Positions 39,334-59,198 of a stretch of 64,000 bases of DNA are shown here, one piece after another (position 1 is the stretch's first letter; each line of letters opens with the position of its first letter). The notes under the pieces were generated by a model that had not been told where the DNA came from, did not search any database, and saw only the letters and a program-made list of their open reading frames with translations. The stretch spans positions 328,414,001-328,478,000 of the forward strand of contig OZ024740.1 in the NCBI GenBank assembly GCA_964016885.1. Direction: 5' to 3'. The DNA comes from Eledone cirrhosa. Lineage: Eukaryota. Made by a program: the position numbers and the translations under genes.

Positions 39334-40335
39334 AAGCACACTCTGGGACGAAATAACGGGCGAGCAAAACCCGAGACGGACACCAGACCGAACACACATT
39401 TACGCTACTACACACGAAGGAACAAGACAAGGTCTAAGGCCGTTACATGGTTTAACGCGCCGTATTCTAAGCATGTATGCGGCAATGTACCAGGCCTCTT
39501 CTTCCGAGCGTTAGACGAGTGCTTCCCGCCGTCGAACAGATACCACAAGATCTTCAACCACCACACGGTGAAGTTTTCCTTCTCCACCGCATCTAACATG
39601 GCCGACTACATGGCCAAAACCAACGCGGCGAAGGTGGCGAACCTCGACCGTCAACCGCGGCGGCCGAATGACCGTCCATCGGAGCCCGGAGGGCCCCTCG
39701 CAGACCGGTCTTCCAACTACAGCCTTGCCCTTGGGGCGGCCCCCACGCCCGCGGAAGACGATACAATTAAACGCCGAGCGGAAATGAGTGGCGGAGGGGA
39801 GACCACCGTGTCGGCAGAACAACACCCAGAGAACCGGGAGAGGGCCGTGACAGATCAAGGGCCAGGCGTCCGAAATGAACAATATAACGACAGAACGTGA
39901 AACTGCAGAGCGGACACACAGTGCCCCCTGCAGGGAAGATGCCTAACGAAGGGCCTGGTATATAAATGTGAGGTTAGAACGCACAATATAAAGCGTAACT
40001 ACATCGGCGCAACATCCATGACCTTTAAATCGCGGATGTATAACGACACAAACTCTTTCAAGGACCGGAGCAAGAGGCACTCTACTAGGCTGGCGGACCT
40101 GGTGTGGGACTTGAAAGACAAAGGCACCCCGTATGCCCTCAACTGGAGTATCGTTCGGCACGCAAATGCATATTCGGCTGGAAATAGAAAATGTAGGCTA
40201 TGCCTATCCAAGGCCATGGAGATAGTCAGACTGAAGGATGATACGGTCAACCTGAAATCGGAAATAATCATGACGTGCAGACACCAGAGAAGGTGCACAC
40301 TCTCTGCATGGAATCCACCGGGAAGACCAAGCTAA
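39334..40335 (+). pseudogene. GC-rich 5'-truncated Hydra-type PLE (RT C-terminal linker + GIY-YIG), one in-frame TGA
   Basis: VTWFNAPYS...FPPSNRYHKIFNHHTVKFSFST...*NCRADTQCPLQGRCLTKGLVYKC...YIGATSMTFKSR...LNW...AYSAGNRKCRLC. Confidence 0.88.
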
Positions 40336-40979
40336 AGGCATGCGGCGGAGGCCACGCCGACCAGAGAGGTGAAACGGGTTCAAGAGATCAGACACCATAC
40401 CCTGTTGACTATATATGCCCCGTGGGGTAAGCCGAAAAAACCCAGGATGCCTACCCGACTCTGCACGTCACCCTAGGCAAGAACATCGCCTGCGCCGGGA
40501 CAGATTGACCCGGATTCCATTAATATTCAGTCAAATGCCTTACACCAATAAAACACTGTACCTCAACCACAGTGATATACTCCAGTATGGCCGGTCCACG
40601 CACCCCCTGCATGTGTATCTTTTCAGTAGAGAGTTCATACTCTCCACGTATTCCATTTTGTAACACCTAATGTATTTTCCGTATACAGACCCACGTGTGT
40701 ATCTCATACCTCTCTTGTGTACTATCTCATATACATACACGTTTCTTCTTTTTTTATATATATTCTGCACGCATTTTCTATATACGGTCTGCGCATACTA
40801 CTTACTGTAATACCATGAACGCCTATTATGTGGGTTTGCCGGAAGATTCCATATGTGGATTGATCCATGTTCGCAATGTAACAACATCTCTGTAGACACA
40901 TATAACTGGGCGCACCCTTTCATGTATAGCCACTGTGTATCTCTATGTACCGTTATATGTATATTTATAATATATATAT

Positions 40980-41024
<45 letters not shown>

Positions 41025-41129
41025 ATGTATGTATTTTCTATGTATGTACATGTTTATAACAAGATGCATCCTTTCATGTATGATCCATTGTGTATCTTTA
41101 TATGACTTTGTGGGTATATTCTATTTATG

Positions 41130-41243
<114 letters not shown>

Positions 41244-41687
41244 GCGTGCGTGGGTGTGTATGTGAATATGCACATATTTGTAGGAGTGTATATGAGCCAG
41301 TATGTGTGTGTGTGTGTGTGTGTGTACAAGCGCCCCTGGAGGGAAAGGACTTGTTTGTGTATATATATGTGTGTTTGCGAGCGAGTGTGTATCTGTGCGT
41401 GTATATATGTATATTGGTACGTGTGTGTATGTGTGTGTGCGTGGGTGGAAGGGGGGGGGGGAGCTCTATGTATATGTCTGTACGTGTTTGTGTGTAAGGG
41501 TATATAATTTGCGTATGCATGTGTATGCACACATGTGTATGTGTATGCTGATGTATATAGGCATGGGGACATGTGTCTGTGTATGTACGTGCCTCTCTGG
41601 ATGCATGTATGCGTATGTTTATATGTCGTCCTTAAATGTGTGTGTATAGCGGGAGTCTATGCGTACGACCGTCGTTATCTATGTGAT

Positions 41688-41789
<102 letters not shown>

Positions 41790-41972
41790 GATGTGTAAAC
41801 TACCAAACACAGCAGTAATTTATTGAAGTGTAGCAAACACGGGACAGACAACGCCCTGATGGTCAGCGGTCTGGTACCTGTGGTCAGAATTATGAAGACG
41901 TAGACAACCAGCGGCCAATCAGAGGACACGCGAAGAGGATGAAGTTGTTGACGGTACTGGCCCAGAGGCTCA

Positions 41973-42012
41973 GATACCCCAGTGATATACCCCAGTGATA
42001 TACCCCAGTGAG
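41973..42012. repeat. Three tandem 14-bp repeats (GATATACCCCAGT-like)
   Basis: ATACCCCAGTGAT ATACCCCAGTGAT ATACCCCAGTGAG. Confidence 0.8.
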
Positions 42013-42167
42013 AGAATATGCTCCGAAATCATTAGACGTGTCCATCGAACCTGCGGGTCCAGAATCAGGCAGATCCACCCAACGATCACGTCTCCAGCTG
42101 TCCGCCAGCGAAACAATTGCAACACACAATAAATTGAGTTCTGATGCGTCACTGATTTTTCGTTTTC

Positions 42168-42231
<64 letters not shown>

Positions 42232-42439
42232 GCTTTCCCCTGTGTTGTTTACTTGTCTCACTCGCTTTACGCGTTTCAATTGTCCCAATAACTTATTTTA
42301 GTTATTGTCGCACCAACGTGAGGTATATGATTTTTAATGCGATGAAATACCAATGATCGTTGGCAAATAACTGATGAGGGACTCATTTTATAACATGTAA
42401 TCCATGTGCAACCATGCAGTATTCTTCTCCCCATATTGT

Positions 42440-43110
<671 letters not shown>

Positions 43111-43607
43111 TATGTGATATTTTGTATTTTTACAAAAATATACACATTACTGAATTCATTCGCCTAATATAGGGTTCCCTCCCTTGCTGGACTCCATGTG
43201 CGTTTAGTAACGGGTCGGGTGTCTCTGTATTTTTGAACGAAATGTCTGCTGAGAAAGTAGTTTCCTCGTTCGTCTCTTTACCAGAAGTCAGATATATTTT
43301 TTATGTGGGCTGACGGTAATTGATTAAGGAACTACAGAAACCCATAAAGCTAGAATTTAACATCCTTCTAGCGGGTCCGGGTAAGATTTTACATTCATTT
43401 AATTTATGAATTTATTAATTTATTATTTGTGTGACCCGAATTTTCCTGGTCGTTTTTTCGGCTGTGCGAATGATTTTAAGCATTGTCTCTATGTGTTGGT
43501 ATTTAAACGATAGTTATAGCTCTGGTTTATCCAAACTATTGAGCCCTTTGCCACACATTTCGAAGATTGTGTTTCGTTATTTCGTGGGCTGAGATTCCGA
43601 TTCTCGA

Positions 43608-43706
<99 letters not shown>

Positions 43707-43847
43707 TATTCAGGTTTGAGGTTCACCACTGTATAGAGCTGGTCTATTCCGTATGGTCAATCGTAATGCAATAATATAGAGAGTACTCAACGTAAAGCAG
43801 TTCAGCCGTCTTTGTTTTTGTAGTTGGTGGTGCTATTACGGAGTTAA

Positions 43848-44376
<529 letters not shown>

Positions 44377-44860
44377 TATATATATACACATATATATATA
44401 TATATATCCTTTTCTCACGGGCACTTGGCCAAGCCGGTATGAATTTTTTTTGTCTCTCTCTCGTCTGCGACTTCACAGAACTTATGTTTACCGAATTCGC
44501 AGACCAGACCCCGTCTTCCTCCCGTTAGACCTGTACGAAATTCCTTCGTTGCTCACATTTCAACCAGGTTTGATGGTCTTTATTCTCTCGTTCACGATTC
44601 CACCGAATTTATATTCATAGAAATCTGGGACTTGTTTCTTCTTCATCACTTTCTGTTGCTTAAACCATTTGGTTTGTTTACCCTAGCGTCCCCCTTATTT
44701 ACGTGTCCCAACGACTTTTTTTAGCCGTTGCTCGCACCAACCTGAGGTATATGGCCTTTAATGCGACGAAATGCCTACGACGGTTGGAAGGCCACTGATG
44801 AGGACAAACTTTTTCATATGTAACCCATTTGCAGCGCCGCAGCTCCATTATTATCATATT

Positions 44861-48538
<3,678 letters not shown>

Positions 48539-48715
48539 TATTGCCTAGCTGCTATTTTTAGTGGTGTGGCAGACAACACGTCTATGCTTCTCCCGCTTCT
48601 ACTAACGACCAGTTCACGTGTAGGACACGATTACGGCCCCATTCGATCCTGCACTAGCTGGCTGAAGGCAATAGATTTGCTGGCTGTTGGACTTTATGTC
48701 CTATGTAAGGGAAAA

Positions 48716-48796
48716 TGCTTTCTGAAGAGCCGAACTTTCCATTGGATGTCCCTCAGATTTCCAATCTTTTATGAGGCGAAACCGTCGGTAAAAGCA
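48716..48796 (+). ncRNA. Type I HHR with extended stem II
   Basis: TGCTTT-CTGAAGA-GCC...GGC-GAAA-CCG/t/CGG-TA-AAAGCA. 6-bp stem I, GUA triplet. Confidence 0.82.
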
Positions 48797-48883
48797 ATAT
48801 GGATAGGTAAATATTAAAATAATATTTTTTGAATTTATTTTGAAAGATTGCTTGAACTTTACTTGTTCCGCTTATCTCAATTT

Positions 48884-49019
<136 letters not shown>

Positions 49020-49036
49020 GAAAAAGCACAATCTGG

Positions 49037-49687
<651 letters not shown>

Positions 49688-49688
49688 A

Positions 49689-49720
<32 letters not shown>

Positions 49721-50099
49721 AAACAAGAATTTCATTTCTCGCTCTAGCACACCTGATACATTAAAGTAAGTATGCATATGTACACCCATATATACATATA
49801 ATACCTGATTATATATATATATAAGCAAAAGGGATATTTAATTTCTTGGTAATTCAACAAATATATATATTTATAACTGATTCGAAGTACTCAACAAGTT
49901 TTCTGGAGTATAATATCAATGATATTAATAAAAATCCAGGAAAAGCTAGAACCGTTAAGATCTCCTTCCTGGATATATCAATATTTATAAAACAAACTTT
50001 GTATTTTATCTGATGAGAGCGTACCAAAGTTTTGGTACCCTTGAAATATAATAGAATAAATATGATTTTATAAATATAGTTTCCATTTATTTATATCAT

Positions 50100-50143
<44 letters not shown>

Positions 50144-50579
50144 GTTATCATTAATGTTCGATGTAACCCATATGTACATATGTGTATATATATATATTAG
50201 AAAGTGAGGTTTTTTTACAAAATGAAAAATAACCGAGGTGTCCTACACGAGTGAAAGTATAAAGAAAAAAAGATGAAATCGAAAATGCAACTGGAGTCTT
50301 ATTTTTTAAAAAATATATATATTTATTTGTTTCCTTTACCGGTTTCGCAGTTGTTCTGCTTTTCAAAAGTAGAGTTGAGATGGAGGGTCTGTGGTTTTTC
50401 TCACATCTGGTTGGTCTATGAATGTTACTTGTTTTATATGGAAAAAAAGTGGCTCGAAACGCCAGGTTTTTAGAGAAGTAATTTGATTGGTTGGTCAATA
50501 AGTATAATAAATTTCACGCCAGTTCGCGTTACAAAGTTCTTCAAACAAGAGGGGGGGGGGCTCAGTTTGTTTTTTCATA

Positions 50580-51135
50580 TATGAGTGTTTGAATTTCTTT
50601 TTACTTAAAAAAAGGGGCTCACGAAGGCTTTTTTTAAAAAATATAAATGTAATTTGATTGGTTATAAATGAAATTATGGCTGTTACGTGAACAAATTCAT
50701 TAAATTTCGCGCCCGTATTTGGGAATTTATTTTGTAGCCTTTTAGAGAATTTTATGACAAACAAAAGATAATGGTCAAGAGAAATGGGATGGGAGAATTG
50801 TTCTGGTTCAGTGAATATAGCAGGTTGTTTTTTCATATATGAGTGAAGTTTGGTTGGTTGATGTAGTCACGTGAATAAGTATATCAGCTTTCGCGTAAGT
50901 TTGTTTGAATTTCTTTTTAGTTTAAAAAAGTGGCTCACGAAGGCATTTTTTAAATAAATATAATTTGATTGGTTATAAATGAAATTATATATGTCACGTG
51001 AACAAGTTCATTAAATTTCACGCCCGTATTTGGGGAACTTATTTTGTAGCCTTTTAGAGAATTTTATGACAAGCAAAAGATAATGGTCAAGAGAAATGGG
51101 ATGGGAGAATTGTTCTGGTTCAGTGAATATGGCTG
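50580..51135. repeat. Diverged tandem duplication of ~250-320 bp
   Basis: AAAAGATAATGGTCAAGAGAAATGGGATGGGAGAATTGTTCTGGTTCAGTGAATAT occurs at ~50763 and ~51075. Confidence 0.85.
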
Positions 51136-51613
51136 GTTCGCTGGATGACAGAATTCAGATTTTCTATTGAAATAAAGAAAGTAGAGATATGTATGTTTAT
51201 TTGTGTGCTTGCGTGTGTATCTAGGAAGATGATTCTATTAGTAGAAATGTGGGAGGGAGTTGTGTGTGTGTGTGTGTGTGTATATGGGTGTTATGTGTGT
51301 GTGTGCGTGTCGGAGTATGTTAAGATGGGGAGAATATATATATTTTGTGTGTGTATGTGTATAGGAAAGTGATTCTATTAGTAGAAATGGGGGAGGGAGT
51401 TGTGTGTGTGTGGGGGGGGGGGGTTATGTGTGTGTATGGGTGTTATGTGTGTGTGGGAGTATGGTTAGCATGTTAAGATGAAGAGAATATATATTTTGTG
51501 TGTGTGGTAAATTTTGTGTGCGAAACCGGTAAAGGAACCAAATAAATATATATATTTAAAAAAAAATAAGACTCTAGTTGCATTTTCGATTTCATCATTT
51601 TTTCTTTATATAT

Positions 51614-51738
<125 letters not shown>

Positions 51739-52253
51739 CACTCATATGGCTTATATCGACATTAATGATAACGTTCGATTCGTTTGTAAACAAACGAGCG
51801 CGATTATAAGCTGTGCCGTGCCGTGACCTATCGTCACCTGTTTGTGCAACACTGGCTTTGAGGAACAATCATCATCATGTTTCTGGGTCATTCCCCTTCA
51901 TCAGGACTCTATACCTCTTTGCCAATGTGTTGAACTTTTTTCGTTTCTAGGAATTGTCCATAGGTCCCGGGCGGAAAGTCCTACCAAACAGACTGGTGAG
52001 CTCATCGTCTTCGACGCCCAGAGTCTCTCCGAGCATGTCGTCGCCCTTATACAGACAGGCAGAGAGAGGTAGATGTTCGTGAAAATTGACAAGACTGTCA
52101 TAATGTATTCCAATTATGTTAGGAATGTCACACACGAGAGAAAATGATTTGGTAATTTCAATAACTTTAACTTGTGAATCATCAAAATACACATCACTTA
52201 TTAATGTAACGTTCTTAAGTAACTTATAAGGACTTGTAACTATATACTGGGAG

Positions 52254-52346
<93 letters not shown>

Positions 52347-54035
52347 ATTTGATTTTCCCTCTAACAGGTATTAGTCATAAGTTGGTGATAGATATTTCAG
52401 GTTTACTATAGAAACCCACTTTTTTTTATTTGATTGTGTATATGGGGTAAGCTTAACACATGCCTGCACACAAAGGCCCATATTAAGATACAGATATTTA
52501 GATAATTGTATACCACTTCCACCCAATTTCAATCAGTATAGTCTTCTCACAGCCAGAATAACTTCTCTTTCTAGTCCTTTCTTTTAAGACTGTTCATCTT
52601 CTAACATTGCCTTTGCAACCCATTTTATTGTTGATATTGCCACGTAACCCAATGTCAACTCTGATGAATCAGTCCTGTGTCACGAATAAGACAAACGAAA
52701 GATTAAACATGATTCAAAAGGCCTATCATAATAATTATGTCAAAAGCGTCTCTACATAAAGAACACACTGCACACACCGACGGAATGAATGGGTGAGATA
52801 CTACGTTTAGGATGTTCTATTTTTTTTAGAATCTGCATGCATTTATGTCTATGTCTAGAGGTGTTTTTGTTCATCTTGAGGCTTGCTTTGGCAAAACAAA
52901 ACAAAATAAATAAATCTGTGTTCTTGGCATGTACAGATTGTATTCCATTTTAGAATGAGTGTTTCGTTATGATACTTAGTGCCCAGTTTGATGTTTTTGT
53001 AGTGTATTGGGATTTGTGGAGAGATTTGTTGCCCAAGCAGGACTACTATAGCCCATGGTAGATTTAATTTATTGCTTTTATACCATCATTATTGTTTATA
53101 TTATTGACTGAAAGATTTAACCCTGATCGTTCCATGTATGTGTGTCATTTTGTTTTCTTTATATGCTTTCAAAATGTGCTGTGAATATTGTGTAGGTGTT
53201 CCATGTAACCTCTTGAAGTTTTCGTTTCTTGTGCGTAGTATGTTTATGCTTTTGATTGTGATGATGGTTATATTTGATGTTCTCTAGTGTTCCTTTTAAG
53301 AAAAGAGACAATGGACTTGTTATTGGGAAGCCGAATTTTCCAGTGATTTAAGTAGTTTTGTAGCAGTGTCCGGAGAATGGTGGTTGGATGTGAATATGAT
53401 GTCATACTTGTACGAGTCTGTCCATATATATTGCAATAGTGCGGAAATGTGAAGATATAGGTTGAAAACATGGGTCAGAGGTCGCATGTCTACATTCAGA
53501 AAATTGCTGGGTCTGGAGATATTGTCGCTCCTTTCATAGGCTTTGTGACAAGGCAGAAAATTTGATAGCCTGTGTTTTATATTATTTTCAAGATGGTGGT
53601 GAGAAGTTGTTGATAGCGAAGAAGTAAGATGAATTTCAACGGTGACTAGAACGTTATGCGTGGGAGGCTTTCAATAGTTGAAGCCATCATATATTATCTA
53701 TGTTAAGTTTGTAAGTAGTATGGTATTTGAGTGGGGTAGTCTAAATCCGTGTTGTGATATAGAGATTGAGAAAGTGCAGTGATGTAAATTAGAATTTCTA
53801 TAGCAGGGTGATGCGTCCGTAATATGTTACTTCACTTTGGTAATGGTCGGAGTTTAACATTTTTATCATTTTACCCAGCTTCAAATTTAAGGGAATTTTA
53901 TTATTTTGATAGGATTACGTGTTGATGTTCGAAGCTGATGATTCATTTATTTTTATCAAATAAAATATATTTTCATGTATTAAGTAATCTTTCCTTCGTT
54001 TGGGCATACAAACGTCACACACACACGCACACACA

Positions 54036-54208
<173 letters not shown>

Positions 54209-54398
54209 GATAAATCTACCAAAAGTTTACGGTAGTGTCCAATCCGTATGAAGAACTCAATGTAATCCGGATATCATGAAAAGAGAAGATGCAGTCAAAA
54301 ACTACTTTCGGTGAAAAATAAACGGAAAACAGAGTCAAGATAAATTATTAAAAAAATAATGAATAAACAAAGAAACAGTTCCTTATATTAAAAAAAAT

Positions 54399-54540
54399 TC
54401 ATTATTTTACGATCGTTTCTAGGATATATATGTGTTAGAGTTGGTATGTATATTCTATAGATCTATGTACAATATTTATACAAACTATCAGAGGGAATAT
54501 ACATACCTTCACATATATATGCTGTCTTCAGAAATAATGA
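54399..54540 (-). ncRNA. Type I HHR with ~105-nt hairpin stem II (mirror 59199-59338 +)
   Basis: TCATTATTT-CTGAAGA-(ATATATATGTG..GGTATGTATATTC/GAATATACATACC..CACATATATAT)-GAAA-CGATC-GTA-AAATAATGA. 9-bp stem I, palindromic ACGATCGT stem III. Confidence 0.8.
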
Positions 54541-55173
54541 TACTTGTTTATTGATAAGAACAAAGATTCAATACAATATGTCTGTTTGGGAACAGGTTTT
54601 GAATTGACCAATCAGGAGATAGTGAGGGTCAAGATAGTGATATAGAATTAGGAGAACCTTAAATTATGGGTAGGGGAAGTGGATTTCAGTTTTGGATGGA
54701 AAAGAGTATTATGAATGAAGGATTACTTTAGGGAAGAAGTAGGTCATATGTTGACCTCAGAAATAATTTTATTTGTTCATTGAATAAAACCAACAAAGAT
54801 CAAATATATTCTGTCTGTTTGGTAAGAGGTTTAGAATTAACCAATAGAAAGTTAATAATTGGCCAAATGGTAAGATAGTAGTAATTGAAACTTATTTTAG
54901 GGGTGAAATTAGGTCAGGTGGTCAGTAGAAGGTATACAAGCAGTTGCTGTTATAAAATAGTAATTCCAATACAAATATCTAAGGTGACCAGAGTTTTAAG
55001 ATAAGGATGTTAGTGAAAAAAATACATCTATGAAAAGGATATAAAATTAATTTAATTGATGGGTATATTTATATTGATAAAATTATACTAATACATATAG
55101 ATGTGATAAATAAGAGTTAGATGCAGTTGTAAAGTGCTGTTAAGGATGAGGGGAGATTAAAAGAATATAAAAA

Positions 55174-55211
<38 letters not shown>

Positions 55212-55245
55212 ACATATATATGCATAGATACATACACACACACAT

Positions 55246-55302
<57 letters not shown>

Positions 55303-55329
55303 CATACACATACACACACAAACATATAC

Positions 55330-55388
<59 letters not shown>

Positions 55389-55398
55389 TATACATATG

Positions 55399-55486
<88 letters not shown>

Positions 55487-55496
55487 TATACACATA

Positions 55497-55600
<104 letters not shown>

Positions 55601-56039
55601 TTTTACACTCACATACATACACACATACACATACATACACACTTATATACACACACATCCATACTTACATATACATATAATTATTGGGGTGGGGAATTAA
55701 ATTTATTAGTGGGAAATAGTAAATATATATAGGTTTCAAGGAACATAGAGTCATAATCTGAAGTTAAAACATTATATATGTTTACTTAATGGTATCAGTT
55801 TTAGGAAATGATATTTGTGAGAAGGAAAGCCAAATTATGTAGTTCATCATTAGTAGAATATTAATTATAGGTTAACTAAAATAAAAATAGTTTATATATT
55901 AATTTCTAAGGTGTATAATAATTAGGTTTATAATATTTAAAGCGGAATTATGTAGTTCATCAGTAGTAGAATATTAATTCTAATAACCTTAGCTTCTCAG
56001 AGATATTAATTCTTATAACCTTAGCTTCTCAGAGAGAGA

Positions 56040-57393
56040 AAAAAATAAAAAGCTTATTAGTACTTTCCTTAAAGACTATTATAGTCTAGATATTACATTT
56101 GAAAACACAAGTAAAGTAGTTAATTTCCTAAATATAACATTAGACTTATCTACGGGTATCTACCAACCTTACCATAAACCCAACCAAAATTTACACTACA
56201 TACACTCACAATCTAATCACCCTAAATCTATCCCTAAAAACCTTGCATATAATATATCACTTAGAATTTCTAACCTTTCGTCTAACCAAGATGTATTTGA
56301 TAAAAATGCGACCTTTTATAACGAAGCTCTAGCTAGAAGTGGCCACAAAAATAGATTAGTATATATACCTTCTACCAATAATACTACAAACATACAACCT
56401 AATATTACCAACAAACACCAAATGAAACGTACACACCTAAATGCCACTCACACTATACCCCAAAATACCAACATAAAACCAAATTTCTCTAACTCCTCTA
56501 ATATACAGTATAGTAACTCTCAAAAAACTACTCATCCTACAACTCTAATAAATGTTAATAATAAAACTCCTATTAAAACACCTAAATCAATAAATCTGAC
56601 TAAAAATGTGTGTGGAGAGGTCATTAACAATAATTCTCCTAGTAAACATCAGGTGCATCCTATAAAAACAATAAACAACATAGAAACCGTAATAGACGAG
56701 TTACTTGGTATAATGCTCCATTTAATTTACAAGTTAAGGATAATATACCTAAAAAATTCTTTAATATCCTAGAGAAAAACTTCCCGCCAAACCACAAATA
56801 CCATCAAATCTTAAATAGATCAACAGTTAAATTCTCCTACTCAACAACCAAAAACATAAAACAAAATATAAGTGCCTATAATGCAATAAATGTAAAAAAA
56901 CCATAAGTATACCACCAGTACATCAAACTAGCCATAATATCTCCTCAGATACAGGATTTACGAAAAGTTGTAACTGTAGAAACAAGGCAAACTGTCCATT
57001 AAAAGGAAATTGCCTTGTTAATAACATAATATATAAATGTAAAGTTAACACTAAGGACTCTATTTATTCATATATAGGAGCTATCTCTAACAATTTTAAG
57101 GTAAGATTTAATACCCACAAACATAGTTTTAAAAATGCCGCACTAGCTAATACAACATCTCTAGCTGAAAAAATTAATAGTTATAGAAAGAGGAATATAG
57201 AATATGACCTGACCTGGGGTGTGCTCAAAAGGGCCACCCCTTATCAAAATAGTAGAAATGAATGTAGATTGTGTTCCCAAGAACTTTTCGAAATAATGAA
57301 ATCTAAGGATATCCTATTAAATAAGTGACAGGAATTAATAATATCGTGTAATCATAAACTGAGAAAAACATTTAAATATTATAAACCTAATTA
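56040..57393 (+). pseudogene. 5'-truncated, frameshifted Hydra-type PLE (RT thumb + GIY-YIG)
   Basis: VVNFLNITLDL...PYHKPN...SNHP...ISLRISNLSSN; CNCRNKANCPLKGNCL..IIYKC...YIG...ATPYQNSRNECRLC. Confidence 0.88.
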
Positions 57394-57824
57394 ATATACA
57401 CTTTAGAAATTAATATATAAATTAATTTTAATTTAGTTAACCTATAATTAATATTCTGCTACAGATGAATTATAAAATTCTGCTTTAAATATCATAAACC
57501 TAATTAATATACATTTTAGAAATTAATATATAAACTATTTTTAATTTAGTTAACCTATAATTAATATTCTACTACTGATGAACTACATAATTTGCCTTTC
57601 CTTCTTACAAATATCATTTCCTAAAACTGATACCATTAAGTAAACATATGTAATTATTTTTAATTTAGTTAACCTATAATTAATATTCTACTACTGATGA
57701 ACTACATAATCCGCTTTAAATATTATAAACCTAATTATTATACACCTTAGAAATTAATATATAAACTATTTAAGTGTGTATGTATGTGTATGTGTGTATG
57801 TATGTGAGTGTAAAACAAAATATA

Positions 57825-57883
<59 letters not shown>

Positions 57884-57934
57884 ATATGTGTGTGTGTGTG
57901 TGTATATATATATATGGGTATATGTTTGTGTGTG

Positions 57935-57980
<46 letters not shown>

Positions 57981-57983
<3 letters not shown>

Positions 57984-58182
57984 CGAAGGAAATGTGGTAA
58001 GGAACCAGGTGGACCATAACGCACCAAAGTACTCAATACTTGGGGTAGTAGAGTGGGTAATAGGAACCAGTAAGACCCCGACGGCTGAGCTCAAGCCGTC
58101 TCGACGGCTAATTCTGGACTAATTTTAGTCCAGAATTAGCCGTCGAAACGGCTTGAGCTCAGCCGTCGGGGTCTTACTGGTT

Positions 58183-58187
<5 letters not shown>
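57981..58187 (+). repeat. Short hairpin-ended element: conserved ~85-nt end plus a 128-bp palindrome (58060-58187)
   Basis: TAACGAAGGAAATGTGGTAAGGAACCAGGTGGACCATAACGCACCAAAGTACTCAATAC...ATAGGA is shared with 14394-14477 and 17944-18027 (reverse complement). Confidence 0.88.
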
Positions 58188-58225
<38 letters not shown>

Positions 58226-59019
58226 ATGTGTGTGTGTATGTATGTATGTATATATATGTAGGTATATATATATATATATCATTTTTATATTCTTTTAATC
58301 TCCCCTCATCCTTAACAGCACTTTTCAACTGCATCTAACTCTTATTTATCACATCTATATGTATTTGTATAATTTTATCAATATAAATATACCCATCAAT
58401 TAAATTAATTTTATATCCTTTTCATAGATGTATTTTTTTCACTAACATCCTTATCTTAAAACTCTGGTCACCTTAGATATTTGTATTGGAATTACTATTT
58501 TATAACAGCAACTGCTTGTATACCTTCTACTGACCACCTGACCTAATTTCACCCCTAAAATAAGTTTCAATTACTACTATCTTACCATTTGGCCAATTAT
58601 TAACTTTCTATTGGTTAATTCTAAACCTCTTACCAAACAGACAGAATATATTTGATCTTTGTTGGTTTTATTCAATGAACAAATAAAATTATTTCTGAGG
58701 TCAACATATGACCTACTTCTTCCCTAAAGTAATCCATTATTATATTGGATCTTTGTTGGTCTTATTCAATGAACAAATAAAATTATTTCTGAGGTCAACA
58801 TATGACCTACTTCTTCCCAAAAGTAATCCTTCATTCATAATACTCTTTTCCATCCAAAACTGAAATCCACTTCCCTACCCATAATTTAAGGTTCTCCTAA
58901 TTCTATATCACTATCTTGACCCTCACTATCTCCTGATTGGTCAATTCAAAACCTGTTCCCAAACAGACATATTGTATTGAATCTTTGTTCTTATCAATAA
59001 TCAAGTATCATTATTTCTG

Positions 59020-59198
59020 TGGATTGGCAGTATCGGTAGAGGGTCGGACGCCATGCTTTCCAGCATAGTTACGTCCCTTTACGATCTGAGTTCAAATCCC
59101 GCCGAGGTTGACTTTGCCTTTCATCCTTACGGGGTCGATAAAATAAAGTATCAGTAATGCACTGGGTAATTGCTGGCCTTGTGCCTAAAGTAGAAACA
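59020..59198 (+). mobile_element. tRNA-derived SINE with 10-bp TSD ATTATTTCTG, present only in the right arm of IR B
   Basis: TSD at 59010-59019 and 59199-59208. The empty site is at ~54529-54538 in the left arm. Confidence 0.93.

Noticed and set aside
51870-52720. Partial HHR cores at ~51870-51910(-) and ~52661(+); also ~2065, ~3808, ~5640(-) and ~18709
   Set aside because: They lack a valid NUH triplet or stem I/III pairing. At best decayed remnants.
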